From positions 1,088,001 through 1,152,000 of the forward strand of contig OZ253496.1 of assembly GCA_965262115.1 (NCBI GenBank): a stretch of 64,000 bases of DNA, written 5' to 3'. The stretch comes from Nitrospinales bacterium (GTDB lineage: Bacteria > Nitrospinota > Nitrospinia > Nitrospinales > VA-1). The notes under the pieces are model-generated. The model made no database searches, was not told where the DNA came from, and saw nothing but the letters and a program-made list of their open reading frames with translations. Position numbers and translations under genes: made by a program. The number at the start of each line of letters is the position of its first letter. The first letter of the stretch is position 1. Positions 59,996 to 64,000 of this stretch are shown here, one piece after another.

Positions 59996-60931
59996 ATGAT
60001 TGAGGTTGATAATCTTACCAAGTACTATGGGCCAAGAAAGGCCATTAACAATTTAACGTTTCAAATCGCGCGGGGAGAAGTCGTTGGTTTTTTAGGCCCC
60101 AACGGGGCAGGTAAAAGCACGACCATGAACATCCTGTCATGCATTCTTCCTGCATCCAGCGGAACGGCCCGGATTCAGGGGTACGACACCTTTGAGCAAT
60201 CTCTTGAAATCCGAAAAATAATCGGTTACCTGCCAGAGACTCCGCCTCTCTATCCGGACATGAGCGTTCACGATTACCTGGTGTTCGCGGCACAAGTCCG
60301 GGGACTTGCAGGCAAGCAAACCGGGACCGCCGTGGAAAGAGTGCTCGAAAAATGTTCCTTAAAAGATGTCGGTCATCGTATCATCGGGCGGCTCTCTAAA
60401 GGATATCAGCAGCGCGTTGGATTGGCACAGGCCATGGTACACGACCCTGACATTCTTATTCTCGACGAACCCACCCTTGGCCTGGATCCCATTCAAATTA
60501 TAGAAATCCGCAAACTGATTCAAGAGTTGACCGCTTCGCATACCATCATCCTCAGCTCACACATTCTTCCTGAAATCACACAAATATGCCAGAGAGTCAT
60601 CATCATCAATGAGGGTGAAATCGCGGCGGTGGACTCCCTGGAAGGTTTGACCGCCGCACTGAGAAAAAGTGAGCGCCTATCCCTGACTATAAGGAATCAA
60701 GACGATGGAATAGAGGAAAAATTAAATTCTTTAAACCAGGTGCTTTCCGTTTTACCCGGTGAGAAAAACCAATTTCTGGTTGAATGCGAATTGAACTCCA
60801 ACCTTCAGGATGAATTCGCGCGTCTGGCGTTGGAAAACCAATGGGGCCTTGTTGAAATCACACCTATCTCCATGACTCTGGAAGATGTGTTCCTCAAACT
60901 GACCGTTGAAGAAAAGGATGTGAAGGCATGA
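59996..60931 (+). CDS. ABC transporter ATP-binding protein (GldA-like)
   Basis: GPNGAGKST, LSKGYQQR, ILDEPT. Confidence 0.93.
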   Translation: MIEVDNLTKYYGPRKAINNLTFQIARGEVVGFLGPNGAGKSTTMNILSCILPASSGTARIQGYDTFEQSLEIRKIIGYLPETPPLYPDMSVHDYLVFAAQVRGLAGKQTGTAVERVLEKCSLKDVGHRIIGRLSKGYQQRVGLAQAMVHDPDILILDEPTLGLDPIQIIEIRKLIQELTASHTIILSSHILPEITQICQRVIIINEGEIAAVDSLEGLTAALRKSERLSLTIRNQDDGIEEKLNSLNQVLSVLPGEKNQFLVECELNSNLQDEFARLALENQWGLVEITPISMTLEDVFLKLTVEEKDVKA

Positions 60932-61695
60932 GAAACGCATGGATCATTGCTAAGAGGGATTTGGGGTCCTTTTTCAACTCACCCATTTTTTACGTGGTCA
61001 CTACGGTATTTCTAATCCTGTACAGTTTTATATTTTTTAATATTCTGAATTTTTTCAGCTTCCAGAGTTTACAGGCAGGACAACTCCAAGCCATGGGAAT
61101 GAACATAAACCTGAACGAAATGGTTATTGAGCCCAGCCTCCAAAACATGTCGGTGATTCTACTGATGATCATCCCTGTCATCACCATGCGCAGCTTTGCT
61201 GATGAAAAAAAAATGAAAACTTTCCGCCTCCTGCTTTCTTCCCCGGTTCCTCTCAGGGAAATAGTTTTTGGGAAGTTCCTGGCCTGTATGATTGTGGTGA
61301 CAGTGATGATTTTGATCTCCTCTTATTCGGTGGGCTCCCTGTTTCTACTCGGAGAACCCGAGCCCGGTCCTATTGTTACAGGCTATTTAGGGGTTTTATT
61401 GATGGCCGGCTGTTATGTGTCGGTGGGAGTCTTCGCTTCCTCCTTAACAGACAATCAAATTGTCGCCGCCGTTTTGACCTTCGGATTCTCCCTGTTCATG
61501 TGGGTCATCGGCTGGGGAGCTCAGGCTGTAGGAGCCGCTACCGGGCAGATACTGCAATTCCTTTCCATCGTTGACCATTTGGATCGTTTCTTAAAAGGCA
61601 TGATCGATACCAGCGACCTGGTTTATTACCTGAGTTTCATCTTACTCAGCCTTTTCCTCTGCCACCGCGTGCTGGATTCCAATCGATGGAGATGA
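60928..61695 (+). CDS. ABC-2 permease (GldF-like)
   Basis: F.SP..Y, P.ITMR.FA.EKK, SSLTDNQIVA, G.ID..D..YY. Confidence 0.9.
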   Translation: MRNAWIIAKRDLGSFFNSPIFYVVTTVFLILYSFIFFNILNFFSFQSLQAGQLQAMGMNINLNEMVIEPSLQNMSVILLMIIPVITMRSFADEKKMKTFRLLLSSPVPLREIVFGKFLACMIVVTVMILISSYSVGSLFLLGEPEPGPIVTGYLGVLLMAGCYVSVGVFASSLTDNQIVAAVLTFGFSLFMWVIGWGAQAVGAATGQILQFLSIVDHLDRFLKGMIDTSDLVYYLSFILLSLFLCHRVLDSNRWR

Positions 61696-61699
61696 GGAT

Positions 61700-63262
61700 A
61701 TGAAAAAACTTGGACCCATGGCAGGATGGCTGGCTCTGACAACAGGTTTTATTGCCCTGTTTTTATATGTCGTCCTTCCCGACCTCAAAACTGTGTCGGC
61801 CTCACTGGCAGGCGTCTGCCTGATCAACGCAATATTTTTTGGGGTTGCCGAAGGCCCCCAATTAAAGCGAAGCCTTTCCTCGCGTTCTGCGCTATACGGC
61901 GCGAACACCCTGGTAATGACCGCTATATTCATGGGCATACTAATATTTGCGAACCTGCTTGCCTTCCGCCATAAACATCGTTTTGATTTTACGGAAGGAG
62001 GCTACTTCACCCTGGCACCTCAAACCAAAAAGCTTGTCTCCAGTCTTCCGCGCGAGGTGAAGCTGACCGCTTTTTTTCAAACCGAATCCCCTGAAAAAAT
62101 CGCTTTCACTAATTTAATTGCTGGATATCTTGAGGAGACCGATAAAATCAAACTGCAATATGTTGACCCGGATAAAAACCCGGCGGTGACCAAACAATAT
62201 GGCGTTACCACTTATGGAACTGTTGCCCTGGAAAGCGGCACCAAGGAAACCAAAATTCAAAATGCCAGCGAGGAAAACATCACCAACGCGCTGTTAAAGA
62301 TAACTCGCGACGAACAAAAATTAATCTATTTTCTCGAAGGACACAACGAGAGCAAAATAAGCAGCGACGATAACCTGGGCTACTCCACCGCCAAAAAAAA
62401 TCTTGAGCAGGACGGGTTTATCGTGAAACCCCTGCTCCTGCTCCAGTCAGGGGGAGTCCCCAAAGACGCTTCGGTACTGGTTATTCCCGGCCCCAAAAAA
62501 CCGCTTCAGGATGAAGAAAAGGTAATCCTTGAAAACTATTTGAACTCCGGGGGCGCGGTTTTCATGCTTATTGATCCCAAGTCTTCGTCCGGCATGGAAA
62601 CTTTTCTCAAAAAATGGGGCATAGAACTTGGAGAAAATATCGTCATCGATCCTATGTCCAAGCTTTTCGGAGGCGATTTCGCGGCACCCGTGGTCAATCA
62701 ATACACGGTTCATGAAATCACCAGCAACTTTGTTCTGGCAACTATATTCCCGATTATAAGATCTGTCCATGGAGTTCCTGTAGCAGGCATCACCACCACC
62801 GAACTCCTGAAAACCAGCGCTAACAGCTGGGCGGAATCCGACTTCAATTCCGGAACTGTAGACTATGACGAGGATAAGGATATCAAAGGGCCGGTTTCCG
62901 TCTCGGTCATTGCCACAAAAATCCTGGGTGAAGCAAGCTCCAAAATTTCTGATACCTTCAAAAGCGATGCCGAGCCAGAGAAAAATAAACCTTCGGCCAG
63001 ACTTCTGGTGGTGGGGGATTCTGATTTCTCAAATAATCGCTACACCAACTTTTCGGGAAATGGCGATTTCTTTCTCAATGCCGTTTCATGGCTGGCGGAG
63101 GAGGAGCAATTGATTTCCATTCGCCCTAAAGAAAGGAAGAACACACCCATTCAAATAACCCAATCCATGGGGAACGCAATATTCATAATGGGTATCCTTG
63201 TGTTTCCCGGCTTGATTGCCGCAATGGGAATTCGCATTTGGTGGAGGAGACGCCGACTATGA
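61700..63262 (+). CDS. GldG-family ABC auxiliary protein
   Basis: D.T....FTLA.QT, IYFLEGH.E, VGDSDF, N.DFFLNAV.WL. Confidence 0.88.
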   Translation: MKKLGPMAGWLALTTGFIALFLYVVLPDLKTVSASLAGVCLINAIFFGVAEGPQLKRSLSSRSALYGANTLVMTAIFMGILIFANLLAFRHKHRFDFTEGGYFTLAPQTKKLVSSLPREVKLTAFFQTESPEKIAFTNLIAGYLEETDKIKLQYVDPDKNPAVTKQYGVTTYGTVALESGTKETKIQNASEENITNALLKITRDEQKLIYFLEGHNESKISSDDNLGYSTAKKNLEQDGFIVKPLLLLQSGGVPKDASVLVIPGPKKPLQDEEKVILENYLNSGGAVFMLIDPKSSSGMETFLKKWGIELGENIVIDPMSKLFGGDFAAPVVNQYTVHEITSNFVLATIFPIIRSVHGVPVAGITTTELLKTSANSWAESDFNSGTVDYDEDKDIKGPVSVSVIATKILGEASSKISDTFKSDAEPEKNKPSARLLVVGDSDFSNNRYTNFSGNGDFFLNAVSWLAEEEQLISIRPKERKNTPIQITQSMGNAIFIMGILVFPGLIAAMGIRIWWRRRRL

Positions 63263-64000
63263 AGTTTAAAGGAACGGCCCTGATGGCGGCTGTCTTCCTG
63301 AGTCTCGTTCTTTATTATTTTTTCGTTGACCTGCCCGCCGAACAAAAAGAAAAAATCGAAAAAGAGTACGCCGAAAAACTCCTTCCCCTTGAAATGGAAA
63401 AAGTGGTTGAGTTTTCTCTGACTGGCAATAGCGAACCTATAGCCTTAAAGCGCAAAGCTCCGTATAAATGGGATATCATCCGCCCCCTTTCGGCATCCGG
63501 CGACTCACCCGAAGCAGAGGCCTTTATATCAGAAATCGAAAACCTTAAAAAAACCCGGGTGGTGGAAGAAAACCCTAAGGACCTCTCCATTTATGGTCTG
63601 AGTCCCCCAACCCTTAAAATCTATTTCAAATTTGAAAATAAAAATGAGGAAACTTTGTTAATAGGGAACGAAAGCCCTCTGGGGGACCATCTCTACTTCA
63701 AGCGAGAAAACCATCCTGCCGTGATGATGGCTGCTTCATCCCGGTCCCGTTTTGAAAAATCCGTTTACAGTTTTCGCGACAAAACCCTGCTCAACTTCAA
63801 TACGGGTTCCATCCAACGAATACAAATCCTCAGAGAGAAAAATCCTCTGGAATTCAAAAAAACGGGTGCGGTCTGGGAAATATCAGGAGATATTCGTGCC
63901 CGGGGAGACAAGGATGCCATCATGAATTTTCTCCAGGCCATTCAATTTTCCAGAGTCCGTGAGTTTGTCGATGAAAACCCGGACTCTCTCAAATCCTATG
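63259..64000 (+). CDS. DUF4340 domain protein, 3'-truncated by the window edge
   Basis: ATG overlapping the gldG-like stop; N-terminal TM; L..YGL..P motif; frame open to the end. Confidence 0.75.
   Translation, partial: MKFKGTALMAAVFLSLVLYYFFVDLPAEQKEKIEKEYAEKLLPLEMEKVVEFSLTGNSEPIALKRKAPYKWDIIRPLSASGDSPEAEAFISEIENLKKTRVVEENPKDLSIYGLSPPTLKIYFKFENKNEETLLIGNESPLGDHLYFKRENHPAVMMAASSRSRFEKSVYSFRDKTLLNFNTGSIQRIQILREKNPLEFKKTGAVWEISGDIRARGDKDAIMNFLQAIQFSRVREFVDENPDSLKSY

Noticed and set aside
59996..64000. Gliding motility system
   Set aside because: GldAFG-like ABC plus DUF4340 clusters are widespread in non-gliding bacteria, and no other gld or T9SS genes are present here

Overview
Bacterial chromosomal segment of moderate GC. 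Gene content and style suggest a marine nitrite oxidiser of the Nitrospinota type; this is inference, not proven. Housekeeping genes (mtnA, exbBD, bamD, a sigma-70 factor, plsY, ftsY, hisAF, rfbC, tRNA-Gly/Cys/Lys, a Gld-like ABC system) are interleaved with accessory loci. These are: a nirA-nirC-HTH/MBL operon behind a sigma-54-type promoter; an apparent sphingolipid (ceramide) operon (desaturase/hydroxylase, Spt, CerS-like GNAT, CerR-like reductase, CDP-alcohol phosphotransferase); an 8.5-kb integrase-less island at tRNA-Lys carrying a PspA/DUF4178/DUF350/membrane SpeE/K+-channel/J-domain module; and a decayed region (hsdM, rhuM-fic, autotransporter with poly-G tracts, IS1595 remnant). The most unexpected signal is non-coding: at least 8 copies of a ~40-nt element (TACCC-hairpin-GGGCATGAAG...AC). 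These sit without target duplication in or beside other hairpin repeats, with empty-versus-filled site pairs and one triple nested insertion. Three MITEs with 9-bp target duplications and several single in-frame stops or frameshifts are also present.
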